Source: Aplysia californica
Taxonomy: Eukaryota
Reading direction: 5' to 3'
Assembly: GCF_000002075.1 (NCBI RefSeq)
Contig: NW_004797272.1
Coordinates: 4,509,581 to 4,573,580, forward strand
DNA: 64,000 nucleotides
Shown here: piece by piece, positions 1 to 14,000 of the stretch
How positions within the stretch are numbered: the stretch's first letter is position 1
Layout of the letters: each line of letters starts with the position of its first letter
Made by a program: the position numbers and the translations under genes
The notes under the pieces: generated by a model
The model's input: the letters and a program-made list of their open reading frames with translations, nothing else
What the model was told of the DNA's origin: nothing
Database searches by the model: none

Positions 1-54
1 CTGCCCATTTCTGCTACTCTCCACTATGACTGTAGTCCCCGATGGCATGATGAT
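1..54 (-). CDS. Module E VWD exon, truncated by the window edge ([11 protein letters not shown]...)
   Basis: CAG acceptor at 55-57; homologous to VILPTGTEV. Confidence 0.8.
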   Translation of the reverse strand, partial: MIMPSGTTVIVESSRNGQ

Positions 55-3000
55 CTGGGAACAGATTTTGAGGAAATAATTACTTTAAAAAGTGCCAACA
101 AAATTTATGATTATGAATATAACAATCTACAACTAGTCAGATTTAGTAGAAATGAACCATAGTGAAACAATGCATGAGTAATTGCGATAATAATCGATTA
201 CAGTTATTTTGAAATCCCACCAAAATCATTGGCACATAACAATGACAAACCAAAAATATAAGCTCCGTTTCACACATATGCTTCTTTTCAATTATGTATG
301 TAAACAATATTTCTCAATGGAGAGGTAATTGGACCATGCTGGTACATGCAGCATGATTGTATGTGTGAGTATATGTGCATAAGAGCATATTTGCACGTGA
401 GCTTATGGGTTTATACGATATTTACTATATATATTTGGTCTCGTACAAGCATATAAAGATACATTATCAATTTCATCCAACAGAGAATCAATAGCATTTC
501 TGAAATTTTAATGTGAACAAAATCAACATATAGACATTCTTACGTGATACTGGTTTCCTTGGTCATATCTCTGAAGTTTAAAACCTGGGTTGACATCACC
601 GTTTCTGATCAGTTTAACTGTACTGGCCCTTTTCTTAATATTTCGTCCAGGTCCACACTTGTCAATCAAAATGACATCATCTTCCACTCTCACAGCAACG
701 GCACAGTTACAGGAGGCAATGCCTCGGTTGCACCGGCGATAGAAGGTATGAACGGCATATGGCAGCTCAGTGTGCTGATAGAGTGTGAATTCACCTTCTT
801 TAAAGTTGTCATAAGACCTACAGATCAAAAGAAAAAGTCACATTGAAGTTATTATCTTCACCGTCATCTCAATAAGTCATTGAGTAACATTTACAGTACT
901 GGAGGTTCATATAGTGAAAAACCCTCCAGTACTGCACCAGTTTAGAACGAAGAAGCTATAATAGAATTTTTTTTAAATTAAAAAAATACCTTCGCAGCCC
1001 AAGAAACACACTTTAAAAAAATTCACAGACTTTCATCAAACATTCAGCTATCATATAGAGTGACTTCCTTCGGTATTTTCTTCAGTGCAGTGGCTCTGTT
1101 CATTGTTTAATATTTAGTGCGGCTGGTTGAGTTGGTGACTAAAGTAATGAGTGCATACTACGGCCTGGCGACAAAAGCCGCAGACGGTACTCTTAGATTA
1201 AGCATTTGATATACATTCTACCAGCTTTAGACGACTCTTTGGCATCTCATACACTGACCATGTGACAAATGAAGAAGTGCGCAGTAGAATGAAACAATAC
1301 ATGGGTTATTATTTAGACTTGCTGTCTACTGTGAAGTGAAGAAAACTGAAATGGTAAGGCCACGTAAAAACATCATGTGGCCTATCCAAGACCATTCTTC
1401 AGGAAACTGTGCAGGGGAGGAGAAGGAGAGGAAGAAAAAGGAAGAGGTGGACTGACAACATTGCGGAGTGGACAGGGAAATCCTCCGCCCAAACTCAGAG
1501 GCGTTCGCAAGAAAAACCTGAAAAGTGGAGGCACCTGACGAGGCTCTCTGTCATACAGTGCCCCTACAATCCTCGTGGATTATGGGATCAGTGAGAGAGC
1601 AGTGATACATTCTGGTGTTCTAGAAGTAGCATACTGAAAAACAAAACGAAATAATCATGCAAAATACTTTTCACTAGCCTTTCTTACAATAGTCTTATTT
1701 TCATAATTCTGTAGGACAAAAACATTAATTTTGTTTGCCATTTTGTTTAGTAAAGAGAAGCACATTGATACAATAATGATTATTAAGTGCTGGGAAAAAA
1801 TAAGAGAGACAGACAGACAGAAACAACAGATGGAGAGTAAAGAAATGCGATCTATCAGTGGCGCCCTTCAACTACCCACGATTCATTTTGTAAATACAAA
1901 CAATAAATCAAGTCTCTGATATGACAACAAACTTACACTCCGTCAAAGGTTTGTATGTGTGGATCATTGACAGATTGACACTGCTTCCCTATATCTTTGT
2001 CAATAACAGTGACCTGTAAAGAAAAAAAAAGATTCCAAGCATTTATCGTACATAAAAGACATACTAATGCTTGGAAAAATGTCATATTTTAGACAATGTT
2101 GACAAAACTGTTGATACCAATGTATATTATTTTGATACATGTTGACTGTATTATATCAAATATCAAAGATGTACAATCAGATTCAAAGGCTTGTGACACA
2201 CCCTGTCTGTTTCTCATGTTTTTGCAAGAGTTTGCCCACAGCCAATAGCTATCCCTCTTCTCCCCCAGTTCCTTTTCCCCCCCCATCACTCAACAATGTG
2301 TCCGCCAAGATCTATTTCATCATGCCTTTGTTTATGTTACATTCATCCTTGAACCTACAACCCCTGTCCTTGAGACACCAGGGACAAAGGCTGTCTTTGG
2401 TCATATTACCAATTATTAAACCAGATTACTCAATGTTTATTTATCGATTACTAAATCATACGCTGGTGGGTGGAGCTACAAATTCAATTAGCCACAATGA
2501 CTGTTAGTCTAGGGTTCCTTTTTCCTTTGACTGCATTTGCAGTTAAAGAACTCATTCCCTCAAGGTAAATGGACCAAAAAGGTACCTCTGGTATACTTGC
2601 CATGCTTGTAAAGGGCATAAATAACTATTTTTTTAAAAACTAGAAGGCTGTAAAGAATGAAAGAAACGACTTGAAAAATCTCACCTCGACAGTCTTGGAG
2701 ATGAGTATTTCCAGTTTCCCTTCGCATTCCACGCTAGCGGTGATGTTGACATTTCCCCTGACATCTCCATCTTTCACCAGGTCAACGGTAGCCACAATAG
2801 GCACAGCAGCTCCACTCTGCCAGTCTTGACTACTGACTGAACTGCTACACCCTGCAGTATTACCACCTCCCACTACAACCTGCCGAAGAGCATTGCCTTG
2901 TGGGCATATCTGTTCGCCACTGAATGTACCAATGGCTGAGGAGACTTGAAGAGTCGTTTCAGATGACACAGTTACAAATGACTTGCACAGCATATAAGGC

Positions 3001-6000
3001 GGAACTGTTGGGATGACTTTGATTGCAGAGGAACCCGCGCCTTCTGTGACTGTGATCTGACTTTGAACAATCTGAAAATGAGTTTAGTTTTTGTTTTAGT
3101 GACAGTGTCAGGGCACTTGCAACACAATAACGCCACATAAGTGCTGAAGATTAAAGGTGTTACTAGAGAGTAGACTGGATCGATAACAACAACTAAAGAG
3201 TAGCAAACAAATGAAAGAAGGAGGAGAGACAATGAAGATAGATGTTTGATAGGAAAGAAGGAGCGTCTGCCAACCACCCACTCTGAAAAAGAGAAACATG
3301 AAGGAAAAGAAGATTTCTTTTTTAAATACAGTGGAACCTGCCCTGACGGCCACCTCTATAAGACGGCCACCTGTACAAACGGCCACTTTCCGTTTCCCCC
3401 CTTGCATTTTTTCTATATAATTTAACTGTGTAAAACGGGCACCTGTCCAACGCGGCCGCGGTCACCTTATTTCAACACACAACCCCTATCACACTAAGCA
3501 ATAACACCCGTCTAAGACGGCCACCTTAGTGACTCCATTTCGTTTAGTCATAAATTGTGCTTTGGCCCCTGGCGTTGTGGGCAAGCCGTCATAATTCAAT
3601 CCCCTGTCGCTGTTGTTTGGTAGTCCCTCCAACCGATCATGTTGCATAGGCCCCTCCTACTGTTGACCAATAGCTACCAATTTTCAGCTGCTGGTGAGGT
3701 AAGCGTGTGATCCCTCATAACCCATAAGCCCCGCCCAGAACTTAAACACAAATCGTAAGCGAGATGAGTGGTCACTGTTTACCCAGTCTGTAACAAAGTA
3801 ACAAAGGACGTCAACATGAACTTGTGACAGAAACGTCGCTCGTTCTCCGAGTGGTGGCGACCCAGGAGTTTGTTTTTACTTCGCACTCGGTCTTCCTTGT
3901 CTGATACATTTCGTTTTATTGTCACCCTTTTGCGAAATCAGCAACAAAATAAAAATTACAAACAAAATACAAACCACCACCACCAACAACAACAAAAACA
4001 ACAATGCGGCCACTTTCGATTGTGACCTCTGATAGGAATAATTTGTTTTCTTCTTTTCTTCTTCTTGATCAGTCCTGCCTAAGACGGCCACCTGTCTTAT
4101 ACGGTCACTTTTCTCCTTGACAATGGGTGGCCGTCTTACACAGGTTTGACTGTATCTCTTTTTGCTTGAGTTCAAGGGAAGCACATTGACTCAATAATGG
4201 TTAACAAGTGCTGCTAGGAAAAGGCAAGATAGAAATACAGAAACAAAAGAAAGAAAGTAAAGAAGACATATGTTTGACCTTTCAAACAACAAGCAAATAT
4301 TCCTTCCCTCAAAATATGTCTAAGTACATTATTATTGCAAACCTTTTATTTTGAGCAAATTTAGACCATGTAATTTTTTTAATCCACAAGTCTGACGGTA
4401 TAGGCCACAAAAAAACACTTTCTACATTTCTCTATCCTTGGATAGCTTCTTGATATTATTACATGCAATCCAGTCATGGGCAGAAATTTAAACAAATGTG
4501 TCAACTGAACTTTGCAAGGTCCTATTCCTCAGTTATCCCCCCCCCCTCCCCCCTCAACTCCCTTAATACGAGTACTCTCAAAAATAAAGAGGAAAGAAAA
4601 CAAAAATAACCTTCAATTACTTGCTTGACACATGTACTTTGTTTTGTTATTAACAAATGTAAATCGTAGAGATGATATACGCCCCTATAAAGACAGTTCA
4701 GATCTTTAAAGAGATAGGCTGCTTTGACCTTGCCGGTAGGGCCAACCCACGCTGAGAGGGATACAATGTCCTAGCAGACAAAGGGAAATGCTCAACGAAA
4801 GACTTCCCTATATGGGAATTGTACTCACATCTTCTGCGTGCTAAAGCAAAGCATCTAACCGCCCCGCCATAGAAACCGGGTCAATTTGTTTTGTGTAATG
4901 TTAAAATAAATAACTTTTCAAAGTGACTAACTGTACGGCATTCAAGTATGAAAGTTAAAAAAAGAAAGCTAGAAGTTTATACTCACTGTAACTGTGATCT
5001 CATAAGAAGCACTGAAGGTGGGTCCGCTCAGATCATCACAATTGAAAACGTAGCATGGGGTAACAGAGCACATGATCTGCAATAGAATAAAATCAGCTTA
5101 GTGACAATTCTGACACCCCTCTTATTGCTTACATTTTTAAACAGAAGCAGTACTATTTAGAAAAGCATACTGCATGAACCACGCACACGTTGAACATCTT
5201 AAAATTTTTCTCACTTCACCTAGGTGGGAATAGGTAAACAGCTAAAGACAGCGAAAGATCTAGTCAGTTTGGTAGTGTTTTAGTGATGTAATCCGCTGCT
5301 TGCACTGTATGCTTCCCAGGAAGCTGAGAATGTTTCTGAATGTTTTGGGGTCTGCTGGGGTAATATTAATAGTCAAAAAGTGCAAAGAGCATGCTGCAGT
5401 GTTGATGTACGCAATATAAACGCAATCGTTATTATTACTATTATTATTATTATTGTTGTTGTTATTGTTATTTTAGTTTTTATTATCATTATTATTATTA
5501 TCATTATTATAAGACTGTTAAAGCTATGGAAAACACAACTATTTCTGTGGTCAGTTTCAACACAACACCAGCAAATTGTGTTGATGTAACCTATAACTTT
5601 TACCTTCGAACCAAATGTGGCATTTTCAAATTCGCTCTCTCCAATGACATCTTCGATCTGGGAACTTCCTAGCTGGATCTGCTTCACTGACATGTCGTCA
5701 ACAAACCATTCGACTTTGTATCTGACGTCTCCTCTTCCAAGGCTCTCAAATGAACAAGAGAAAGTTGTTGTAGCATTGACAGCCTCATAGAATATTTCCA
5801 CTGTGGGCCTTGCAGGTAGAGTAGGTAGTTCTGCAAAATGAAGAAAGATAATAAGCTTAAGCTCTTGAATTCTCAAACAACACGATGCTAAAATGTGGTA
5901 AAAGAATGTGTTTAACATTAGCTTTGACAAAACTTTTTGTTTATCTCCCTCCCCCAACTCCCCAGCAGAAACAGATACTCAGCTGTTAAATCATTATGTT

Positions 6001-8243
6001 TATCAATACTATTTTTTAGTAAAAGTGAACATTTTCAACAATGTACAAGCTATGAAGCAGGTAATAGATTTACAAATGACAAAAAGGAATACAATAAAAG
6101 ACACTATTATTTACGCTCAAATGCAGTTACTGTAATAGAGCACTTTTCTATGACAAAATCTATTCTTAGCGGTTACCTGTAATGATTCCAATTGACTCAA
6201 GAACAGGCTTTGGGGCAGTGAATATCTCCAAACCTCCAAGAACCATGCCCAGCCAGCATGTTTCTGTGCCACTAGATCCAAGAACCAAATCGGAGCCAGT
6301 GCCTGTTTCATGATTGAGCACGGTGTAACGAGTTGTGGCATATGTTTTTCCATCCCATACAACACTGAGACCAAGACTGTCTGACCAGCTGATTTCAGCC
6401 TCAATATAGCTGAAAATACAGATAGATAAAGAATTCAAATTCTGTTCTACTCCGCATGACAAAAGGCCATACTGTTCTGTGGATACATCAAGCATCAGGA
6501 ATGAAGTGAAAACCCAACACCTTCTTACATGCTTACCTTTACTATTTTTTATCTTTCATATTTCTTTTTTATTTATCTAGAATTTTTGTTGGCACAGCAT
6601 TGTAACTCACAAAAAGGTATAAAAAGATGACTTTTGAGCTTTATGTCGAAAATTTTAAAGTCAAAATGTGTCTTTAAAGAGTCAAAAAAGAAAGGCGGAC
6701 CCTAGCAACGGTTATGAATAATACATTCAAACTTTATAAAGAAGACAGAGGACTTACCTGTTCATTTTGACAGCACCAGTTCTGACAGACATTTCTTTGT
6801 TTCTTGTCCGTACACTTATCCTTGCGCTGCCATCACAAATAGATACAGACAAACCACTCTCATTCGCTTTTCTCCAGGTTCTCAACACATACCCATCTTC
6901 ACAGATGGACGTGAACTTCACATAAAAGCGAAGAGTAAATCCCAAGGTGCAGGAGCTGGTCTCCAAAAGGCTAAGATCAGACTTTCGAACTGTCAGCGAT
7001 TGTCCACTTTCTGAAAACTGAGCGTATTTTGCGCCACCATAACCAGTGACCAGTTTGACATCACCAGTTACTGCAATATTGCTAACGCTGGTTTCCAAAA
7101 TTGAGCCCTGGACATTCAGGAACTTGTAGCGCTTGGCAAAGACATCTGTTAGAAGATATAAGTTAAGTCAGATAAATGTTGGCATGGACCATCACAACGG
7201 TTAGAAGATATAAATCCATTAAGACAAATTGTACCAGTATTCATTTATTTAAGCTTTTGGTCAAACAATTATATGACAATATATTGCACTATTAATAAGC
7301 AAATCTTTTGTTTTAGTAAGTGGTTTATGGCGCTTGCAACATAATTAGGTCATATGAGTGCTAAATATTAGAAGTTTTACAAGGGAGTAACAAACACAAA
7401 AAAAGAGGGAGGAAAGGTAAGGGTAAGGACAATAGATTTTTAATAGGAAAGAAGGAGCAAACCAAATCAGAGCACATGCTAACCACCCACAAGCAAATCT
7501 TTCAGAGCATAAGTGATGCAACATTGGACAACACGAAGGACAAGAAAGAGTAGTATGAATTGTCTCACCAGATATCAAACTCCACCTGTCTGTTGCATTG
7601 GATGGCAAGCAGAACCTGGTAACATCGTCTTCAAATACAGACCCACATGAGTAGCAAGCACCATTGATGGAACACAAATTGTCCTGAAATAGACACTAAA
7701 ATCAGTATACACATTCTTACTATTAGTTTTGAACAATTTCCCTTTTGGATGGTGGTTACCCAGTTTTGTCCCACCCTAGAGTGTGGCTCCCCTGAGCCAA
7801 GAATAAACCCTGTTCAGGGAAAAGGCTAAAAGAAAATGGTTGAAGTACAAGACCCTCAAACTTTCACGTATCCTCTGTCAGAAATAGTTTCTGCATAGTA
7901 TAAGTATTAGGTTGGGGGAAAAGGTTTGTATAAGAGTGCATGTATATTGTGTGAAGTGTCCTTTTCACCATCACTTCCTGCTTCTTCATCACCTGAATAC
8001 AGCAGATAGATTAACTTATCAGCTACTACTATATTAACAGCAATGAAACATATTGGAAAGACATGAAGCTGCAGTGAGCACCTAGCACATCTCTGTGATG
8101 ACGTATTTCAGCCATCTATTTTTATCGTCTTCTGGGGCTTCCCTCGCCAGTTGACGAGGTCTCACCGTGGCGGACCCACTTTGCCGCTTCAGGCACTCTA
8201 GATCTAGGTTTCATCGCCGACTGTTTGGGCTGTGTGTGCGCGC

Positions 8244-8285
<42 letters not shown>

Positions 8286-10966
8286 ACGCGCTTGTGTGTG
8301 TGTGTGTGCACAACTTTGAGGAGAAGGTTAATTTATGGAACGAGAATGGCTGAGGTTGTTTTTAAAAGGTAACATAAAATTAATACAAAAAACCCCCCAA
8401 AAGCAAACAAACACAGTGAGATCTAGAATCTAGTCTACAGTAAAAGTTACTGGCGAGGGAAACTCAAGAGTCTTGGGGGAAACCGCGGAAGACGACAAAA
8501 ATAGATGACGGAAATACGTCTATATTTGGGCGAATCACAAAGATGTGCTAGGTGTTCGCTGCAGCTTCATGTATTGGAAAGTCCCAAGGGAGAATTTACA
8601 TATCCGCTGGACATTACCCTTCTTGTGCATCCAGAGTCATCACACATCTCACAGGAGCCGTCGTACAAAGTCCTGGTAAGCTGGTTGCTCGTTGTGAAGC
8701 CATCCAAGCTCACAGAAATTTCCGCAGAGCTTGTCAGTGTTTTGCTGCATACGATCTTGTTGGATGCGATGAAAATGGCACTGCTTGTTGATACTGTGCC
8801 CTGAAGAAAAAAATGATGAGGAGAAGTGTTATTAGAGGATTCAGTAATCATTTTTTTCCGCAAAATATTTTACATGCACTGAATTTTTTTTTTACACAAG
8901 ATGCCTTATAGGTGTTGTTTGTCCACAAAATGCCATATATGCAGTGTTGTTTTTTCACAAAATGCCATATATGCAGTGTTGTTTTTTCACAAAATACCAT
9001 ATATGCAATGTTGTTTGTTCACAAAATGCCATATATGCAGTGTTGTTTTTTCACAAAATACCATATATGCAGTGTTGTTTGTTCACAAAATGCCATATAT
9101 GCAGTGTTGTTTGTTCACAAAATGCCATATATGCAGTGTTGTTTTTTCACAAAATACCATATATGCACTGTGTCGTTTTTTAACAAAATACAATATATGC
9201 ACTGTGTTGTTTTTTCACAAAACGCCTTATTTAATATTGTGTTGTTTTTCCACAAATAGTTTTTGATCGCTTCCTGCTACTAGTTGAACACATGAAACTA
9301 ATTGTTGTAAAGATCATAAGAGAAGATGATGAGGATGTTTTTGGCTCAGCAGTTAGTTACAAAACATCTCATAACAGGGGTCGGGTTTCAAACCTTCTTC
9401 ACATGCACTATCCCAAAGTATATGCTATGCTTGTCTGCAAAGTGACTTAGAACATTTTTACCAAGTGGTAAAGTATAAGACAATTAAGATGCACTTTACT
9501 GACCAGTAGGCCCCACCACGAAGAAAGTTTGTCTTGGTATAATAAGCGGCTTTAATACGCTAAAGTAGAAGATAATCAGATACCAGCATACTTTTACTGT
9601 TTTTCTCTCTTTCTCTGTCTGTCTCAGTCTCTCTCTCTTTCTCAATACAAACACACTCACACACAAACACACACACACACACATACACACGCGTCTTGGT
9701 ATAATAGGTTGCTATAACGCATTAGAGCTACAAAGGACAAAAACAGTAATGTAAAAAAATTCAACACATTCTCTCCTTTCTCTCACTCTTTCTATCTCCC
9801 ACACACATACACACTCGCACACAAACACACACACACACTTAAATACATACACTATCTCTTTGCACTGTGAGCTGCTTAACATGCTGAAGCTGACAATGAG
9901 ATACCAACACAGGACAAAAAAATGAAGTAAAACGATATCTATATCATTTTGTCTGTCCGTCTGTCCGTCTGCCCATCTGTCCGTTCGTCTGTGTGTCTGT
10001 CTGTGTGTCTGTCTGTCTGTCTCTCTCAAACACACAGACACACACACACAGATTCCCACACAAACACACACTTTATTAAAACTGGCATAAGTAACAAACA
10101 TGAGGAATAGCCAGCAGTGGGTGTGACAGGAGGGTGTCATCAGTTTCCTTGTTTTTCACTGGTCAGCTTTCATAAAATGTATTTTGTGAAAACAAGGTAG
10201 AAGCGCATATTGCGTTTTGTTTTTAAAAACAGTGAAATAAGAGAGTTATGTGCCAAAATAAGAGTGTTTTAAAACATTTTGTTGGAATTTTTTTTTAAAG
10301 GTAACAAGTATTATCATAAAAGATACAGTCCTAATGACTAGTTTAAGAACATGGGATTTTGCAAATATATGTACAGACTGCTCAGTGTACAACTCCGTCC
10401 TATGTCACTTTATAAAATAGCAGATGGTTGAGTCTGACTCTAAGCAGTTGACATTCGGTTGAGAAAGCCGCTGAGTGTTCCACACAAAATTCTAAAATGT
10501 CTTACATTTTCATTGAAGTGACAAGTCAGGTTTTGAGTGTCGGCAAATCCGGTTCCAAAAAGAACAACTGAAGTGCAATCGGCAAGGGACTTGACATCGC
10601 ATATTTTTCCACCCAGAATGGAAAGCAAGGTAGGAGGACTGGCCATATTGACAGAGCAGTCTGCTGAGCCAAAGCCGTCGTTGCACAGACAGCTTCCTGT
10701 TGGAGAACAAAACAAATCAANNNNNNNNNNNNNNNNNNNNNNNNNNNNNNNNNNNNNNNNNNNNNNNNNNNNNNNNNNNNNNNNNNNNNNNNNNNNNNNN
10801 NNNNNNNNNNNNNNNNNNNNNNNNNNNNNNNNNNNNNNNNNNNNNNNNNNNNNNNNNNNNNNNNNNNNNNNNNNNNNNNNNNNNNNNNNNNNNNNNNNNN
10901 NNNNNNNNNNNNNNNTTCACAGTGCTTGCAACTATATAAGGTCATGAGCGCAGGAGTGTGCATGCA

Positions 10967-11014
<48 letters not shown>

Positions 11015-14000
11015 TGTGCGTGTGCGTGTATATGTGAGAATGTGTGTATGTGCACATTTGTGTATTTGTGTGTGTGTGAATGTGCAAGCTGTGTTTGCGC
11101 CTTTACTTCCGAGGAATTGAATGTGGTGAGAAGCAGGTATAAAGAAATATGAGAAAGACATTAGGATCTTCTGGTTTTGACAGATTGCCTGAGGTTAGAA
11201 AGGAAACAGTTACATCTTACATCTTGTCCTGAAAATATGCTCCAAATAAAGAGGTTGTGAGCAATTTAACGATTTTTAAAACTTTTTACAGAAGATATGC
11301 TACAGCTTCTTGCTAACATACAACTACAAACACTTTACCTTCATATTCAGTATTATTAAAGGTACTTTTAACTCCAGTCTGACTAAATATACTATTCTGA
11401 CCAAAATATTCAAAAATATAATTAAAAATTCAGTCCAACCTTTGAGGCAACTTCCTTCACGGGAGCAATTGTTGTAGCAGACGTCAATGTCTGAAGGAGC
11501 CAAGTAACCATCGACATCAGTCCAGTGTTCCACTTGGGATGAGACGGCATCTATACAAGCCCACAGTACTGAGGACATGTAGCCTTCCACTCTGGTTTCA
11601 TCTTCTGAGATCTGCATACATTTCAAGTAGCAAACATAGGTACATAAGAAGACATTCATTCACCACACCATCTCCTCTCTAAAAAAGGTCTACAAATAGA
11701 CTGCTCCGTGTTAGATTCAGTCATACATCACTTTTCAAAATGGTGTACAGCGAAGACTGACACTAAGCAGTTGATTTGTACATAAAACATTCAGCACACC
11801 AACTCCTCTTTAAAAAGTCTACAAATATATTCTATAAAACCACAAAATTTAAAGCTTATGTGTAATATAAACATTTATAACAGAATGAACGAGACCCATC
11901 CTGACTAAGTAATGTCTGTTTCTGAGTTTATATAGCATGTGGTTTGGAAGGTCATATTAACAAACAAAAATAATGATTGAATATCAAGGATGCAGAAAAA
12001 GGCAAAAAACAAGAAAAAGAGAGGAATAGAGGAGAGAAAGACAATTAAAGATATGAAAGGACAAAGTACAAACTGTTGTCCTCTTCCCCATAACTGAAGG
12101 AGGAGGCATCTTTTTCAACTCCAGAATATGCTCCATTTTCAGCCATGTTTATCACTGGTCAAGGAATATGTATTCTACCTGGATAATCCATTTACTACTA
12201 AGCTATTGTATCATTTAAAAAAAACTCTACCTGGATATCAGTGACATATTGTTTGACTATTTTTTGGATCAAGACCTTTACCTAAGATATCATCCACAAA
12301 TTGCTGAACTATTTTGGGCTAAAAAACTCTTTGTTTTGGTAAAATGTTTTTACGGCGCTCACAACTGAACAAAGTCATATGAGCGCGCGGGACACACCTA
12401 ATATTTTCAGTTGGTAGGAAATTTTGAATTTAGCCCGAGTGGCGGCCGAAGCCTACTCTTATCGATTTTAGACCACCAAGAGATCTTTAATGTGCGCAAC
12501 TTGCACACGGGCCCTCTGAGATTTTTCACCCTTGTCCGAGAAGGCTAGGTGTAGATCTTTCCTACCAGAAGATCAAGGGTGTGGCAGAAAGACAGCAGTT
12601 AGGAGGAGCCAATGAGTAGTAGTAGAAAGGCTGCAGAAAGAGTCAGGAGCCCAGAGGAGGGGACAAATGAGGTGAAGGGGTGGGGGCAGAAAGTGGAAAC
12701 GAAAGCAGACAACAGAACATTGCTAGAGTGCAGGAAAGGAGGTGAAAGGAGACAATTTTAGAGTAGAAAATTTTTCGGTCGCTACCCGGATTTGAACCCG
12801 AGACCTTTTGAATGAGAGGCCAACACCTTAACCTCTAGGCCACGAGAGCCCCCCTAAAAAGCTCTACCTGGATATCATTCAAATACTATTGAATTATTTT
12901 TGGATTAAGAGCTTTACCTGGATATCATCCACACACTGTTGAACTATTCTTTCAATGTCTTTGGAATCATGAAGGTATCCAGAGCACACACTCATAATCT
13001 GGCTTTCATTCAAGGCTTTGGTGCAAGAATCACGGGCTAGAGATTCAGTCAAATTCTTGCTGCTCGTAGGCCAGGACAATTGCTGAAAAGATTTGTAAAA
13101 ATGATAGGTAAAAAAGAAAACAGTCGCCACATTCTCCACAATACAACAGTGAAAATATTACAAGTTTGTTAGGAGAATGAATTAATGAAACGTTAGAGTT
13201 ATTAAAAGGTGGCTGAAAGATTAAGTGGTATCACTCCATCGTATTAAGATAACTGGGCTTTCAGAGCCTTGCCATGTTATGCAAAAAGCATGTGAACAAA
13301 AAGGGGTGGTATGTTTTCGTATTTCACTAACGTTATTTGAGAAACAACTCTTTTGCAGTGTCAAAAGTGTTTTCAGTAACAGGGTAACATGGACAAAAAT
13401 TCAAAGTATCAAAAAAAATTAATCAGGCTACCCCTTATATACCTAAGACCATATAAAACAAACTTGAATGATTGCTAGAATGTTTACCAGCACAGTTGAA
13501 ACAATAATAAAATTACCGGTGGTTCAAAATCTGTGCCAGTGCTGTAGTCATATTCCTTAGTTTGTTGACAGCATCCACTAGAAGGTCTGCCCAAGCGCAG
13601 GAGTTTCTCAGTGACATCTGTGCCTGGAGTTATAAACAAAATGTATGACATTTTGGTGAAATCAGGCGCATGTCAAAATAATTAAATCAAAGAAACTGAT
13701 ATTTGCAATTTTTATATTCTTTTTTCTTTTGTTGCCTCAGCAACTTTTACATCCCTTTAAGAACACATTTCTATGTGTGGATTTTACTTTAAAAATTGCT
13801 GATGAAAGGCACAAAAAATATATATTTGCAGTTTCCAAGGACACACAAGCTTTGGAAGTCATTAAACTTTTATGGCCATTTTCTTGCTACTTTTACCTCT
13901 CACTCCATGCCACTCTAAACCTCCTTCAATTGCAAATAACTTGATAGATAGATATTATTTTTATGAAGAGCACGACAAACAAGCTTTAAGATCATCACAG

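Noticed and set aside
8901-9266. Repetitive Cys/His-rich ORFs in three frames
   Set aside because: Translation artefacts of a minisatellite.
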